A stretch of DNA of 32,000 bases, taken from assembly GCF_900199515.1 (NCBI RefSeq), contig NZ_LT963434.1, forward strand, positions 873,272 to 905,271, written 5' to 3'. Positions within the stretch are counted from its first letter, which is position 1, and every line of letters begins with the position of its first letter. Shown here in pieces: positions 16,540 to 25,731 of this stretch. The position numbers were made by a program, and so were the translations under genes. This stretch comes from Massilicoli timonensis (GTDB taxonomy: Bacteria > Bacillota_I > Bacilli_A > Erysipelotrichales > Erysipelotrichaceae). The notes below the pieces were generated by a model. It was not told where the DNA came from. It was given only the letters and a program-made list of their open reading frames with translations, and searched no databases.

Positions 16540-17403
16540 TCATGCTTTCGTATCTGAAAGATCAGCTTCCTTTTGCTTTGCTTTAGGCTCTGCATTGATC
16601 ACGATATTGATACATACCGCTCCCAATAAGACCGCAGCGCCCAAAAACGCATAAGTTCCCGGTACTTCCCCATAGGCGAGGAATACCCAAAGCGGACTCA
16701 TGATCGTTTCCAGAATACCGATCAAATTGGCGCTGATGGAATCGGTATGACGGATCCCGATCGCAAAAGTGATGCCCGCAAAGCCCATCTGCAATACGCC
16801 GATCAGCGCCAGTCCCAGCATGCCTTCCTGATTTAAGGAAGATAACTGCCCTAACAAAGGCAGGGAAATGGCGATCTGTAAAAGATAGGCAAACTGCGTG
16901 CTGTCGCTGGGTCTTGCCTGCGGTAAAGTATTTAAGAAAAACACACCGCCGAAGAAAATTCCGGATATGATGGCAAACAGATTGCCTAACATCGCCCCCT
17001 GATCTAATTTCCCGAAAAAGAACAGGATCAGCCCGCCAAACGCCATGCCGATTACCGCCATTTGCTTCCAAGCAGGACGACGGCGATAGTAAAGGCATTC
17101 ATAAAGCAGGCAGAAAATCGGCGATGCGTATTGCAAGACGATCGCATTGGCAGCACTTGTCATCTGATTTGCCAATATAAAGGTAATGTTGGTCATACAG
17201 GAACAAAAACCGGCAAGCGCCGCGGTCTTCGTTAATGAGATACGCATGCTCTTACGATAAATGCCCATGATCACATAGGCGATCATACAGGTTACACCGG
17301 CAATCAGCACCGCATTCAGATCAACCATACGATAAAGCAAGCCGCCTAAGCTCCAGAAGAATGCCGTTATAAAGATCAACGCATTTCCCTTTGCCCGATT
17401 CAT
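16540..17403 (-). CDS. DMT superfamily (EamA-like) transporter, 287 aa
   Basis: Ten hydrophobic segments arranged as two EamA-like halves. The ATGA overlaps the HAD gene stop. Confidence 0.75.
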   Translation of the reverse strand: MNRAKGNALIFITAFFWSLGGLLYRMVDLNAVLIAGVTCMIAYVIMGIYRKSMRISLTKTAALAGFCSCMTNITFILANQMTSAANAIVLQYASPIFCLLYECLYYRRRPAWKQMAVIGMAFGGLILFFFGKLDQGAMLGNLFAIISGIFFGGVFFLNTLPQARPSDSTQFAYLLQIAISLPLLGQLSSLNQEGMLGLALIGVLQMGFAGITFAIGIRHTDSISANLIGILETIMSPLWVFLAYGEVPGTYAFLGAAVLLGAVCINIVINAEPKAKQKEADLSDTKA

Positions 17404-18062
17404 TCCATTACCTCTAACAACGCTTTCACTTCCCGATAATCATCGATTAAATAATCAGCCTCACTTTGATCATACCCAAAGCGATCATCTCTGCGGGCAA
17501 TGACGCTCATATGCGCGCGCACCGCTGCTTCAATGCCATAGGTACTATCCTCGATCACAATACATTCTGACGCGTCTAATCCCAATCGTTTTGCGGCTTC
17601 TATATAGATAGCCGGATTCGGTTTTGATTCGTGAAACATCTCCCCGCTTAAATAGAACTCAAAATAAGAATCTAATTCGATCGCTTTCACGATTTCTTCA
17701 ATTTCAAACATACGTGAAGAAGAAGCGACGATCATGCGATATCCTTTTTCTTTCAAATATTCGATCAGTTCTTTCAAATGCGGAAACATCACGCTTTTCC
17801 AATCCTGAAAACGACCATAGCGTTGGTTCATTTCCGCAAACACTTCTTTTTCTCCCATCGTATCTCCAAGCAGCCGATGAAAGAGTGCATCATAATGTTT
17901 GGAAGTACCGCCGGCGATCGCATTCAAATCACTGTCGGTAAAAACCGCTCCTTTATCATTCAGATAATCGATCAGTTGTTTGCGATACACACTTTCACTG
18001 TCAATCAATACACCATCCATATCAAAAATTACTGCCTTCTTCATTCTAACCTCCTGTACCAT
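17400..18062 (-). CDS. HAD-superfamily hydrolase (beta-phosphoglucomutase-like subfamily IA), 220 aa
   Basis: Motif I FDMDGVLIDSE, motif II VASSS, motif IV IEDSTYG. RBS AGGAGG. Confidence 0.85.
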   Translation of the reverse strand: MVQEVRMKKAVIFDMDGVLIDSESVYRKQLIDYLNDKGAVFTDSDLNAIAGGTSKHYDALFHRLLGDTMGEKEVFAEMNQRYGRFQDWKSVMFPHLKELIEYLKEKGYRMIVASSSRMFEIEEIVKAIELDSYFEFYLSGEMFHESKPNPAIYIEAAKRLGLDASECIVIEDSTYGIEAAVRAHMSVIARRDDRFGYDQSEADYLIDDYREVKALLEVME

Positions 18063-18078
18063 ACCAATTTCATGTTTT

Positions 18079-18108
18079 ACTATACCAAAATGGAATTGAT
18101 GTTGTCAA
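18079..18108 (-). promoter_or_regulatory. Promoter of the HAD-EamA operon
   Basis: Minus strand reads TTGACA (18103-18108), 18 nt, TGgTATAGT extended -10 (18079-18084). Confidence 0.55.
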
Positions 18109-18140
18109 TCCTAAATCGTAAATCAATCACGAAACATGAT

Positions 18141-18164
18141 AAAAAGCAGGTATTCTCACCTGCT
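18141..18164 (-). terminator. Terminator of the second GntR gene
   Basis: Minus strand reads AGCAGGT-gagaat-ACCTGCT followed by TTTTTAT. Confidence 0.65.
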
Positions 18165-18260
18165 TCTTCATTCGGTCATGATGCGTTTCTATTGTTCAGT
18201 GTTTCTGTTTTTATATGCCGATACACCCAGAGCAAGCACACTTCCGCAACATACTAAGCT

Positions 18261-19007
18261 CTATTTACGAATATCGACATCAAACACATTGCGTTCGCCG
18301 GGATAGATCGCAACCGAATATTCGATCGGCACATCATTATCATCATATGCAATGGTAATGACCTTATGTACTGCGCTCTGTTTTCCAACCTTTAACAGCG
18401 CCGCATCTTTGCTATCGACGATACATGCCTCGATCGTTCTGGTTGCACGCATCACACTGACATGATAGCGTTTTTCCAGTACATCGTATAATGCCTCTTT
18501 TTCAAAATCGACCGCTTCTATGCCCTTAAACTGCTTCGCCGGCAGATAGGTATCGACCAATACCAGCGCAATATCATTGCCAAAACGCAAACGCCGCATA
18601 TGGAACACCTTTTCCTGCTCACTCAGCTGCAGCTCTCTTTGCGCCTCTGCATCCTTTTCCAGGATCTCGCTTTTCAACAGATCGGTGCGTGCTTCTAAGC
18701 CCAGTTTCTTCATCTCCGTGTGAAAACTCATCAGTTCCTTGAAAAAACTGCCCTTGATTTCCGGTTCTTTGACAAAAGTGCCTTTCCCTTTATGGCGGGC
18801 GATCATGCCCTTATTGATCAGATCCGCATACGCCTGTCTTACGACCGGGCGAGAGATCCGAAACCGTTTGCACAGTTCTTCTTCTGTCGGCAGTTTCTCA
18901 TGCGGCTTTAAGATCCCCTCTTTGATTGCCTGCTCCATGCACATCTCCAGCTGATAATACAGCGGTGTGGCGACAACTCGATTTAATTTAATGTAATGAA
19001 AACTCAT
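18261..19007 (-). CDS. GntR family (HutC/UTRA subfamily) transcriptional regulator, 248 aa
   Basis: wHTH KLPTEEELCKRFRISRPVVRQAYADLINKGMIARHKGKGTFV plus a UTRA-like C-terminus. Confidence 0.85.
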   Translation of the reverse strand: MSFHYIKLNRVVATPLYYQLEMCMEQAIKEGILKPHEKLPTEEELCKRFRISRPVVRQAYADLINKGMIARHKGKGTFVKEPEIKGSFFKELMSFHTEMKKLGLEARTDLLKSEILEKDAEAQRELQLSEQEKVFHMRRLRFGNDIALVLVDTYLPAKQFKGIEAVDFEKEALYDVLEKRYHVSVMRATRTIEACIVDSKDAALLKVGKQSAVHKVITIAYDDNDVPIEYSVAIYPGERNVFDVDIRK

Positions 19008-19030
19008 ATATCAATTCTCCCAATTTGTAA

Positions 19031-19046
19031 TAAAGTCTTTACTTTA
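19031..19046. promoter_or_regulatory. Palindrome TAAAGT-cttt-ACTTTA in the divergent GntR/MBL intergenic region (candidate operator)
   Basis: Perfect 6-bp arms, located 24 nt upstream of the GntR start codon. Confidence 0.3.
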
Positions 19047-19129
19047 AGTTAATTATACTCCCTTATTTTATAATTACAACCCCCTTTTTCAACCGCTTAC
19101 ATTCATTTTGTGCAGTCCTTTCTAAGCTG

Positions 19130-19138
19130 TGCTATAAT
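19130..19138 (+). promoter_or_regulatory. Extended -10 promoter element for the MBL-fold hydrolase gene
   Basis: TGcTATAAT, 30 nt upstream of the ATG. RBS AGGAGG follows. Confidence 0.45.
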
Positions 19139-19167
19139 GGAAGCAAACGTGCAGAAGGAGGTCTTTT

Positions 19168-19848
19168 ATGAAAATTACTTATCTATATCATTCCGGTGTT
19201 ATCGTGGAATTAAGTTCGCATATTCTGATCTTTGATTACTGGAAGGGTAAACTGCCAAAGCTGCCTTGCGATAAAACGATCTGTGTATTTGTGTCGCATG
19301 CCCACGACGATCACTATCAGCCTGCTATTTTCAAACTGCTTTCCTACTGCCGCGATGTTACTTATATCTTTGCACAGGATATTTTAGCGCCTTTCCCTTA
19401 CTATGCCTGCGGCAAGAACGAAACGCATTATATCAAAGATCTGAAAGTAACGACCTTTGCCTCAAATGATGAAGGCGTGGCGTTTTTGGTAAGCGTGGAA
19501 GGAAAACAGATCTATCACAGCGGCGATCTACATTTGTGGAATTGGCCGTGTGAAAATGAATCGGACCGCCGTTTTCTCATCTGGCAAAGACAGGTATTTG
19601 AAGAAGCGATGCAAAAACTGCATGACTGCTCGATCGATGTCGCGTTTTATCCGATCGATCCCCGATTGGAAGCACAGACATTAGATGGCATCCGCGCTTT
19701 TCGCAAAGCGGTTTTCGCCAAGCATGTAATCGCCATTCATTTTGCGGATCGCATCGATGAGGTAAAAGCGATGATCGCACAGGATCCGTTATTACAAGAG
19801 GATCAGGGACTTCATGTATTGATGCCCAATGAAAGCATTACGCTATAA
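19168..19848 (+). CDS. MBL-fold metallo-hydrolase, 226 aa
   Basis: Metal-binding motif VSHAHDDHY and a beta-lactamase-fold pattern of His/Asp residues (HSGD, H at the C-terminal part). Confidence 0.75.
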   Translation: MKITYLYHSGVIVELSSHILIFDYWKGKLPKLPCDKTICVFVSHAHDDHYQPAIFKLLSYCRDVTYIFAQDILAPFPYYACGKNETHYIKDLKVTTFASNDEGVAFLVSVEGKQIYHSGDLHLWNWPCENESDRRFLIWQRQVFEEAMQKLHDCSIDVAFYPIDPRLEAQTLDGIRAFRKAVFAKHVIAIHFADRIDEVKAMIAQDPLLQEDQGLHVLMPNESITL

Positions 19849-19852
19849 AAGG

Positions 19853-19887
19853 AAAACGCACCATGCGCTGACATGATGCGTTTTTTT
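19853..19887. terminator. Bidirectional terminator between the MBL and VOC genes
   Basis: AAAACGCACCATG-cgctga-CATGATGCGTTTT (13 positions, 1 mismatch) plus extra Ts on the + strand and TTTTCCTTT on the - strand. Confidence 0.7.
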
Positions 19888-19890
19888 CGA

Positions 19891-20253
19891 TTATTTCTGA
19901 GGAACGATCTCGATCCAGTAGTCATCGGGATCATGAATGAAATAAATGCCCATTGCCGGATTCTCAAAGCAAATACATCCCATCTTTTCATGGTGCGCGT
20001 GCGCTTTTTCCATATCATCGCAGACAAAGCATAAATGACTTTCATTTTCACCCAGATCATAGTGCTGCGGATGATCGTTGAGATATGTCAGCTCCAGTTG
20101 AAACAGATTTTGTTCATCGCTTAAATAACATAAAGTAAAGTTGTCATACTGTTTTTCCTTAACGACGTGAAGCCCCAAAGCCTCTTTATAGAACGCTTTG
20201 CTTTTATCCAGATCGGTTACATTGATATTGCAGTGCTGAAATAAAAATTTCAT
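19891..20253 (-). CDS. VOC family protein (glyoxalase I-like), 120 aa
   Basis: HCNINVTDLDKSKAFYKEALG N-terminus and a second metal-ligand region HLCFVCDD...E typical of the glyoxalase/bleomycin-resistance fold. Confidence 0.75.
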   Translation of the reverse strand: MKFLFQHCNINVTDLDKSKAFYKEALGLHVVKEKQYDNFTLCYLSDEQNLFQLELTYLNDHPQHYDLGENESHLCFVCDDMEKAHAHHEKMGCICFENPAMGIYFIHDPDDYWIEIVPQK

Positions 20254-20771
20254 AAGTCTTTCTTCCTTTCTCGACAGATGGGAATACCCAACTGTGTTTT
20301 GACGCCGTTTTCATCTTCGGCGCTGAACCAATAGCAGTCTGCCTCTTTTCCTTCATAGGAAAAACGGTGATACTGCGTTTTTTTCTTTTGCAGGAGCGTT
20401 TTTAAGTGCCGGATCTTTTTAGGATCCAGCCGATCCTCTAAGATCAGGATCTGTTCCCGCAAGGCAGGCGGTGAGGTGACGATTACGCTGTGCGCATACC
20501 TTGAAGCGTATTGCTCCCATTTCCCCCTATCGCTTTGTGTTTCATCTATTGCCCCGTAGATCACAAAATCATGTGCCTGATCGACATACAAAAACGGATG
20601 AAAATAAGCATACGGCTGTCCACAGCAGGAGCAGGTTCCCTGAAAATAAGTATTCTTTAAGATCGCTTCCCGGATTTCCGGTTCTAATGTCGCGGAAATC
20701 AACTGTTCGCTTTTTACATAGGATACATGCCCACAGTGCAGACAACGCACCGATATTAAGATCTCTTTCAT
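20250..20771 (-). CDS. CpXC domain-containing protein, 173 aa
   Basis: Two Cys pairs (CLHCGH and CSCCGQ) with spacing and context (...PFLYVDQAHDFVIY) matching my recollection of the CpXC domain. ATGA-coupled on both sides. Confidence 0.6.
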   Translation of the reverse strand: MKEILISVRCLHCGHVSYVKSEQLISATLEPEIREAILKNTYFQGTCSCCGQPYAYFHPFLYVDQAHDFVIYGAIDETQSDRGKWEQYASRYAHSVIVTSPPALREQILILEDRLDPKKIRHLKTLLQKKKTQYHRFSYEGKEADCYWFSAEDENGVKTQLGIPICRERKKDL

Positions 20772-22561
20772 GAAATCGCGCGTGTATAGTGTTTCAGCCA
20801 GTCGATCTCATCTTGATATAGATACGGTGACAGTGTTTCAAACACATAGCGATGGTAAGCATTGAGCCATGCTTTTTCGCTTTGATTCAGCATATCGGCA
20901 TCGATCGCATCTAAGTCGATCGGGGCAACGGTCAAAGTACCGAAACGTAAAAATGTACCGTATTCGTTTTGTTCCTTGAAACGCACCACCATTTCATTTT
21001 CGATACGAATGCCATGACTGCCTTCGATATAAATGCCCGGTTCATTGGTCGTGATCATACCCTCTTCCAAGATACAGCTGTCGTTTCGCTCCGGCACGAT
21101 CTTCCAGCGGAAACCATTAGGACCTTCATGTACGCCTAAGACATGACCGACGCCATGTCCGGTTCCACAGCGATAATCAATGCCCATTTCCCAGATCGGT
21201 CCTCTTGCTAAAATATCTAAATTCATGCCGCGGCAGCCTTTTAAGAATACCGCCTTTGACAGATGAATGACACTTTTCAGCACCGCGGTAAAGTGATGAC
21301 GCTGCTGTTCACTGATCGTACCCAATGCCATCGTGCGCGTAATATCGGTCGTTCCTTGCAGATACTGACCGCCGCTGTCCACTAACAATAAGCCTTCTGC
21401 CTGTAATGACGCATTGCTGGCAATCGTTGCACTGTAATGCATCATCGCCGCATGCTCCTTGTATGCGCAGATCGTATCAAAGCTCGGTTCGATAAAGCCG
21501 TCCTGTTCCCGCCGCTTGTTTTCCAGATATTGCTGCACACTGAGTTCGGTCATTTCCATCTTGCCGACATTGGTTTTCAGCCAGTACATGAATTTCGTAA
21601 AGGCTACACCGTCTTTCACATGGGCTGCTATGGTCTGCTCGATTTCCGTTTCGTTTTTTACCGCTTTCATCATCTGGGTGCAGTTTGGCTGATCGATGAT
21701 CCCCGCTTGATTGGTAACGGCATTATACAGCGCATAATTGATCTTGCCAAGATCCATTAACATGCGTCCTTCAGAATATTCCGGCAGATCTTCATATACC
21801 TGCTCATATGGTCTGACGGTAACACCGCAAGCGGTAAAATGATCCTTCATCTCGGTTGTCAGCTTCTTTTCCTCTACATAAAGGTACGCCTTGTGAAGAG
21901 AAATATAGGCATATGCCAGCACCACCGGAAAGTTTTTCACATCAAATCCGCGTAAATTAAACGTCCACGCAATATCATCCAGCGTATTTAACAATATCGC
22001 ATCTGCGTTCTCTTTTACCAATCTTTCACGAATGGATGCCAGTTTTTCTTTTACACCTTGTCCGCAGTATTTCTCATCCAGTAAAAAAGCCTTAGCCATC
22101 GGCAGTGCGGGACGCTCTTCCCAGATGAAATCAACTAGGTCATATTTGACCGCGATCTTGCCTTGCTTGCTTTCCAGCTTCTGTTTCAGCTCTAAAACCG
22201 TTTTGGCATTCATCACCCTGCCGTCAAAACCGACAATGCCGTTTTCTTCACATTCCGTTACCGCATAATCCAGTAAATCCGGCGTATCTGGTTCTCCCAT
22301 TTTCATCAAGTCGATGCCGCTGCCGGCTAACTGCTCCTTTGCCTGGATAAAATAACGTCCATCGGTCCATAATCCCGCTTTTTGCGCAGTAACGACCAGC
22401 GTGCCGTTTGAACCGCTGAAACCGGAAAGAAACTGCCTTGCCTTAAAATATTCCCCGACATACTCCGTTTCATGGAAATCAGATGTCGGTACGATATAAA
22501 CATCCATATGATGCTGCTTCATCAATTTACGCAGCTGTTTTAACCGTTCTTTGATGATCAT
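20768..22561 (-). CDS. pepP: Xaa-Pro aminopeptidase (aminopeptidase P family, long form), 597 aa
   Basis: M24B metal ligands in context (VDSGGQY..GTTDITRT, GHGVGHVLGVHEGP, ITTNEPGIY, IRIENE). I chose the start at 22561 (MIIKERL..., GGGAGG RBS 8 nt upstream), not the track start at 22681. Confidence 0.85.
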   Translation of the reverse strand: MIIKERLKQLRKLMKQHHMDVYIVPTSDFHETEYVGEYFKARQFLSGFSGSNGTLVVTAQKAGLWTDGRYFIQAKEQLAGSGIDLMKMGEPDTPDLLDYAVTECEENGIVGFDGRVMNAKTVLELKQKLESKQGKIAVKYDLVDFIWEERPALPMAKAFLLDEKYCGQGVKEKLASIRERLVKENADAILLNTLDDIAWTFNLRGFDVKNFPVVLAYAYISLHKAYLYVEEKKLTTEMKDHFTACGVTVRPYEQVYEDLPEYSEGRMLMDLGKINYALYNAVTNQAGIIDQPNCTQMMKAVKNETEIEQTIAAHVKDGVAFTKFMYWLKTNVGKMEMTELSVQQYLENKRREQDGFIEPSFDTICAYKEHAAMMHYSATIASNASLQAEGLLLVDSGGQYLQGTTDITRTMALGTISEQQRHHFTAVLKSVIHLSKAVFLKGCRGMNLDILARGPIWEMGIDYRCGTGHGVGHVLGVHEGPNGFRWKIVPERNDSCILEEGMITTNEPGIYIEGSHGIRIENEMVVRFKEQNEYGTFLRFGTLTVAPIDLDAIDADMLNQSEKAWLNAYHRYVFETLSPYLYQDEIDWLKHYTRAIS

Positions 22562-22662
22562 AACAAAAACCTCCCATTTGTCTGTTATTATAGCACTTTT
22601 TTTATAGGGTGGAAACTGATGCGATACGCTTATTTTTATCCTGCCTGCTATTCTCTGTATGC

Positions 22663-22689
22663 AAAAAAGCGAGCCTTTCACAGGCCCGC
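22663..22689 (-). terminator. Terminator downstream of tRNA-Gln
   Basis: Minus strand reads GCGGGCC-tgtgaaa-GGCTCGC (one G-U pair) followed by TTTTTT. Confidence 0.6.
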
Positions 22690-22701
22690 ATTGTTTTTCT
22701 A

Positions 22702-22777
22702 TGGCTGGGGTACTTGGATTCGAACCAAGGAAATGCCAGATTCAGAGTCTGGTGCCTTACCGCTTGGCTATACCCCA
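22702..22777 (-). tRNA. tRNA-Gln (anticodon CUG), CCA encoded
   Basis: Minus strand reads TGGGGTA-TA-GCC..GGC-A-CCAGA-CTCTGAA-TCTGG-..-CTTGG-TTCGAAT-CCAAG-TACCCCA-G-CCA. 7-bp acceptor stem, 3-bp D stem as in bacterial tRNA-Gln, T-loop TTCGAAT. Confidence 0.95.
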
Positions 22778-22797
22778 ATATCGTTTACGCATGTGCA

Positions 22798-22826
22798 ATT
22801 ATATAGTTTAATTCTATGTTTGTCAA
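22798..22826 (-). promoter_or_regulatory. Perfect-consensus sigma-A promoter of tRNA-Gln
   Basis: Minus strand reads TTGACA (22821-22826), exactly 17 nt, TATAAT (22798-22803). The -10 ends 20 nt upstream of the mature tRNA 5' end. Confidence 0.75.
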
Positions 22827-22904
22827 TAACAAAATACTATTTTTCGCAAATTCCTCGTTTGACCGCTATTAACTTAATCATTCATCATACACAAAACAAT
22901 GCGT

Positions 22905-22938
22905 AAAAAAGGACTGCCTCCTCAGCTTGACAGTCCTT
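22905..22938 (-). terminator. Terminator of the sbcDC operon
   Basis: Minus strand reads AAGGACTG-(14 nt)-CAGTCCTT followed by TTTTAC. Confidence 0.55.
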
Positions 22939-22995
22939 GCATATCAATTATTTTGGGAATGTGCTGCTTTGATAAAAAGACATACGTATTTCCTG

Positions 22996-25731
22996 CTAAA
23001 GCAATTTGATCCGGCTTCCTTTCTGTTTGTCTTTTATAACGAGGATCTGACGGTCGATGCGCTGCTTTAATTCTGCGACATGGGAAATGATACCGACCTG
23101 ACGATTGCCTTCCCGCAGTGCTTCCAGGGTCAAGATCGCCTGCTCCAGTGCATCCTCATCTAATGAACCGAAGCCTTCATCAATGAACATCGTATCCAAA
23201 TGGATCCCGCCGGCCTGCTGCTGGATCTCATCGGCTAATCCCAATGCCAGTGCCAAAGATGCCTGAAAAGACTCGCCGCCGGATAAGGTTTTCACATTTC
23301 GCAAGGTGCCGCTGTAATGATCCAGCACATCTAATTCTAATCCGCTTTGTGCACGATGATCGACCGTTTCCTGTCTGCGCTGTAATTCATACTGTCCCTT
23401 TGACATCATCATAAAGCGCAGGTTGGCATGGGCGAGAATACGGTCAAAATAATTCATCAAGACATACGTTTCCAGCATGATCTTCGCTTTCCCGCTCAGC
23501 ATCCCATTCGCTGTATCCGACAAGTCCTTCAGCCAAGTCAATCGTTCCTCGCTTTTGCTTAATGCCTGTCTGCGCTTCTTGATATTGTCATAGATCTTGC
23601 GATGCGCTGTGATGCGCACAAATAAACGCTGCTCAGCTTGTTCCATGATTTCTTCCTGCGTTTTCGCAGCAGTCAGTTTTTCTTTTAATCTGACAGGATC
23701 TCCATGCGTAAAAGTGTGCAGCTGCCTTGCAACGGTTTCCAATCGCCCCTGTGCCTGAAAATAGGCGTTCTGCTTGCTTTCCTGCTGTTTTTTCACTGTT
23801 ATGAGCATATGCTCTAATTCCTGCATTTCTTTGATACAAGCCTCATAGGCGAAACGCGCTTCCTGTTCGCTTGCATATTGCAGCTTGCTTCTTTGCTCTG
23901 CCAAGGCCTGCGTCTGTTTCTGATAGCTGCTTTGACTTTGAAATAAGTTCATTTCCTGCTGCCGCACTTGCTCTTGCAGCTGTTTTGCCTTTTGTTCTTG
24001 CAACGGCAATTCTTCTCGCCTTTGTTTTTGCAGCTGCGCTTCCTGTTTCAAGGCTTCATAATGCGTTTGCTCTTGATCGATGTGTGCCCGCAAAGCATCA
24101 CACGCCTTTTGCAGATCTGTTTTTGCTAAAGATAACGCTCGATAGGCTTTCTCATAATGTTCCTGCAACTGCTCTGCTTTGCTTTTGGCACTGCCGGCCT
24201 GATGGCTGGCGGTAACCATCTGTTCTTCTAAGCGGAGGCTTTCTTCACGCAGCTTTTGCACCGTATTTTCATCGATCGATTCCTGCTTGCGTGCGGCCGG
24301 CTTTGGATGATGCAGCGAACCGCATACCGGACATGGCTTCCCTTCCATCAAGGTCTGTGCCAAAAGGCCGGCCTGTTCATCCAGCAGTGCTTTTGATGCC
24401 TGCTGGTAAGCCTGTTGTGCTGTTTCTGAGCGCTTGGCGATCATCACATACGTTTCCTGTTCCCGCACATAAATCTTTTTTGCCTGCATCAGTTCTTTTT
24501 CCAGTGTATGCAGTTCTTCTAACTGTTGAAAACGCTGTTTCTGTTCTTTTAAGCGCTGCTCCTGTGTTAATAATAACAGCGCTGCATCCTCGCTTTCCCG
24601 CTCCTGCTTTTGCATTTGCTCATAGTGCTCCTGCGCCTTGAAAAAAGCCTGTCGGTATTCCTGTAAGCGTGCTTCCTCCTGCTTTTGTGATAACGCGACT
24701 GCCGCAGTTTCCCGTTCCAGATGCGCCAGTTTTTCATAATCGGATTTGGCACTTTCCAAAGCCTGTTTTTTTAACAGCAGCTGATCGCGTTCATTTTGCA
24801 GTTTGTTGTCTGCAAGCTGCTTTTCGATCGCTTCCAGTTCTTCTTTCCATACGGCAAGCTGTTCTTCCAAACGCTGTTTTTCTTCTTGCAAAGCCTGATG
24901 TCTTTCTGCTTCTTCCAGTTGTTTACGCAGGTGATCCTGCATCTGCCGATGATCTTCACGCTGTTTTTTCTGTGTTTGCAAAGCATGTTGATCCTGCCCG
25001 ATCTGCTCTTCTAAATAGGCAAGCGCCGTTTCCATACCGATCCCCTCCTGCGCCTGTCTGATCCACTCCTCCAAGATCGTTTCGTCCGCTTCGATCGCCT
25101 GCATATCCTGTACGATCGCATTGCGGATCCGGCGGACATCACTTTGCTGCATGAGATAATCCTGCTTGATACGGTTTTGTACTTCTAAATAAACATCGCT
25201 GTGAAAGATCTTGCGAAAGATCTGTTTCCGCTCCTCGGTCGAAGCCAGCAGCAATTTCAAAAAATCTCCCTGTGCGATCATGGCGATATGGGAAAACTGA
25301 CTACTGTTTACGCCAAGGATCGTTTCGATCTGTTTGGTCGCCTCTTTGTTTTTGACAATGACGCTGCCATCCGGCAAATAAAGTTCAACACTCGCTTTTT
25401 GAACGATCAAAGCATCGCTTCGCTTAGAGGGACGCGTATATTCCGGCGTGCGTTTGATGCGATAGATCCGGTCCTGATGCACAAAGCGCAAATCGACATA
25501 GGTTTCTGTCCGTACATCTGCATATTGACAGCGCAGCATCTCCCCGGCACGCTGTTTTCCGCTTGTTTCCCCATACAGTGCAAACGCAATCGCATCAAAG
25601 ATCGATGTTTTTCCCGCACCGGTATCGCCGCTGATCAAATACAGCGCGCAGTCTTGCAGTTTCGTAAAATCCAGTGTGGTTTCCTGCGCATAAGGACCAA
25701 ACGCACACATGATCAAAGTCTGCGGTTTCAT
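22996..25731 (-). CDS. sbcC: SbcC/Rad50-family ATPase (exonuclease SbcCD subunit C), 911 aa
   Basis: Walker A GDTGAGKTS. Long Q/E/K-rich coiled coil with zinc hook CPVCGSLHHP. ABC signature LSGGESF. Walker B LDTMFIDEGFGSLD. The ATGA overlaps sbcD. Confidence 0.9.
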   Translation of the reverse strand: MKPQTLIMCAFGPYAQETTLDFTKLQDCALYLISGDTGAGKTSIFDAIAFALYGETSGKQRAGEMLRCQYADVRTETYVDLRFVHQDRIYRIKRTPEYTRPSKRSDALIVQKASVELYLPDGSVIVKNKEATKQIETILGVNSSQFSHIAMIAQGDFLKLLLASTEERKQIFRKIFHSDVYLEVQNRIKQDYLMQQSDVRRIRNAIVQDMQAIEADETILEEWIRQAQEGIGMETALAYLEEQIGQDQHALQTQKKQREDHRQMQDHLRKQLEEAERHQALQEEKQRLEEQLAVWKEELEAIEKQLADNKLQNERDQLLLKKQALESAKSDYEKLAHLERETAAVALSQKQEEARLQEYRQAFFKAQEHYEQMQKQERESEDAALLLLTQEQRLKEQKQRFQQLEELHTLEKELMQAKKIYVREQETYVMIAKRSETAQQAYQQASKALLDEQAGLLAQTLMEGKPCPVCGSLHHPKPAARKQESIDENTVQKLREESLRLEEQMVTASHQAGSAKSKAEQLQEHYEKAYRALSLAKTDLQKACDALRAHIDQEQTHYEALKQEAQLQKQRREELPLQEQKAKQLQEQVRQQEMNLFQSQSSYQKQTQALAEQRSKLQYASEQEARFAYEACIKEMQELEHMLITVKKQQESKQNAYFQAQGRLETVARQLHTFTHGDPVRLKEKLTAAKTQEEIMEQAEQRLFVRITAHRKIYDNIKKRRQALSKSEERLTWLKDLSDTANGMLSGKAKIMLETYVLMNYFDRILAHANLRFMMMSKGQYELQRRQETVDHRAQSGLELDVLDHYSGTLRNVKTLSGGESFQASLALALGLADEIQQQAGGIHLDTMFIDEGFGSLDEDALEQAILTLEALREGNRQVGIISHVAELKQRIDRQILVIKDKQKGSRIKLL

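Noticed and set aside
16583-17098. 171-aa same-strand alternative-frame ORF inside the EamA transporter gene
   Set aside because: The product is Arg/Cys/Gly-rich and non-protein-like with no RBS. The transporter frame gives coherent TM helices.
22562-22681. N-terminal extensions offered by the ORF track for pepP (22681), gltX (26928), csp (30019), azlD (28970), PTS IID (15072) and IIB (16395)
   Set aside because: In each case a downstream ATG has a properly spaced AGGAGG-type RBS and yields the family-typical N-terminus. The pepP extension would also run into the tRNA terminator.
23871-25061. Several 110-130-aa ORFs on the + strand inside sbcC (23871-24215, 24291-24641, 24669-25061, 24796-25014)
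   Set aside because: They are antisense to the Q/E/K/L-rich coiled-coil region, whose codon composition leaves the opposite strand free of stops. The products are low-complexity (L/F/A/P-rich), there are no RBSs, and the sbcC frame has clear motifs.
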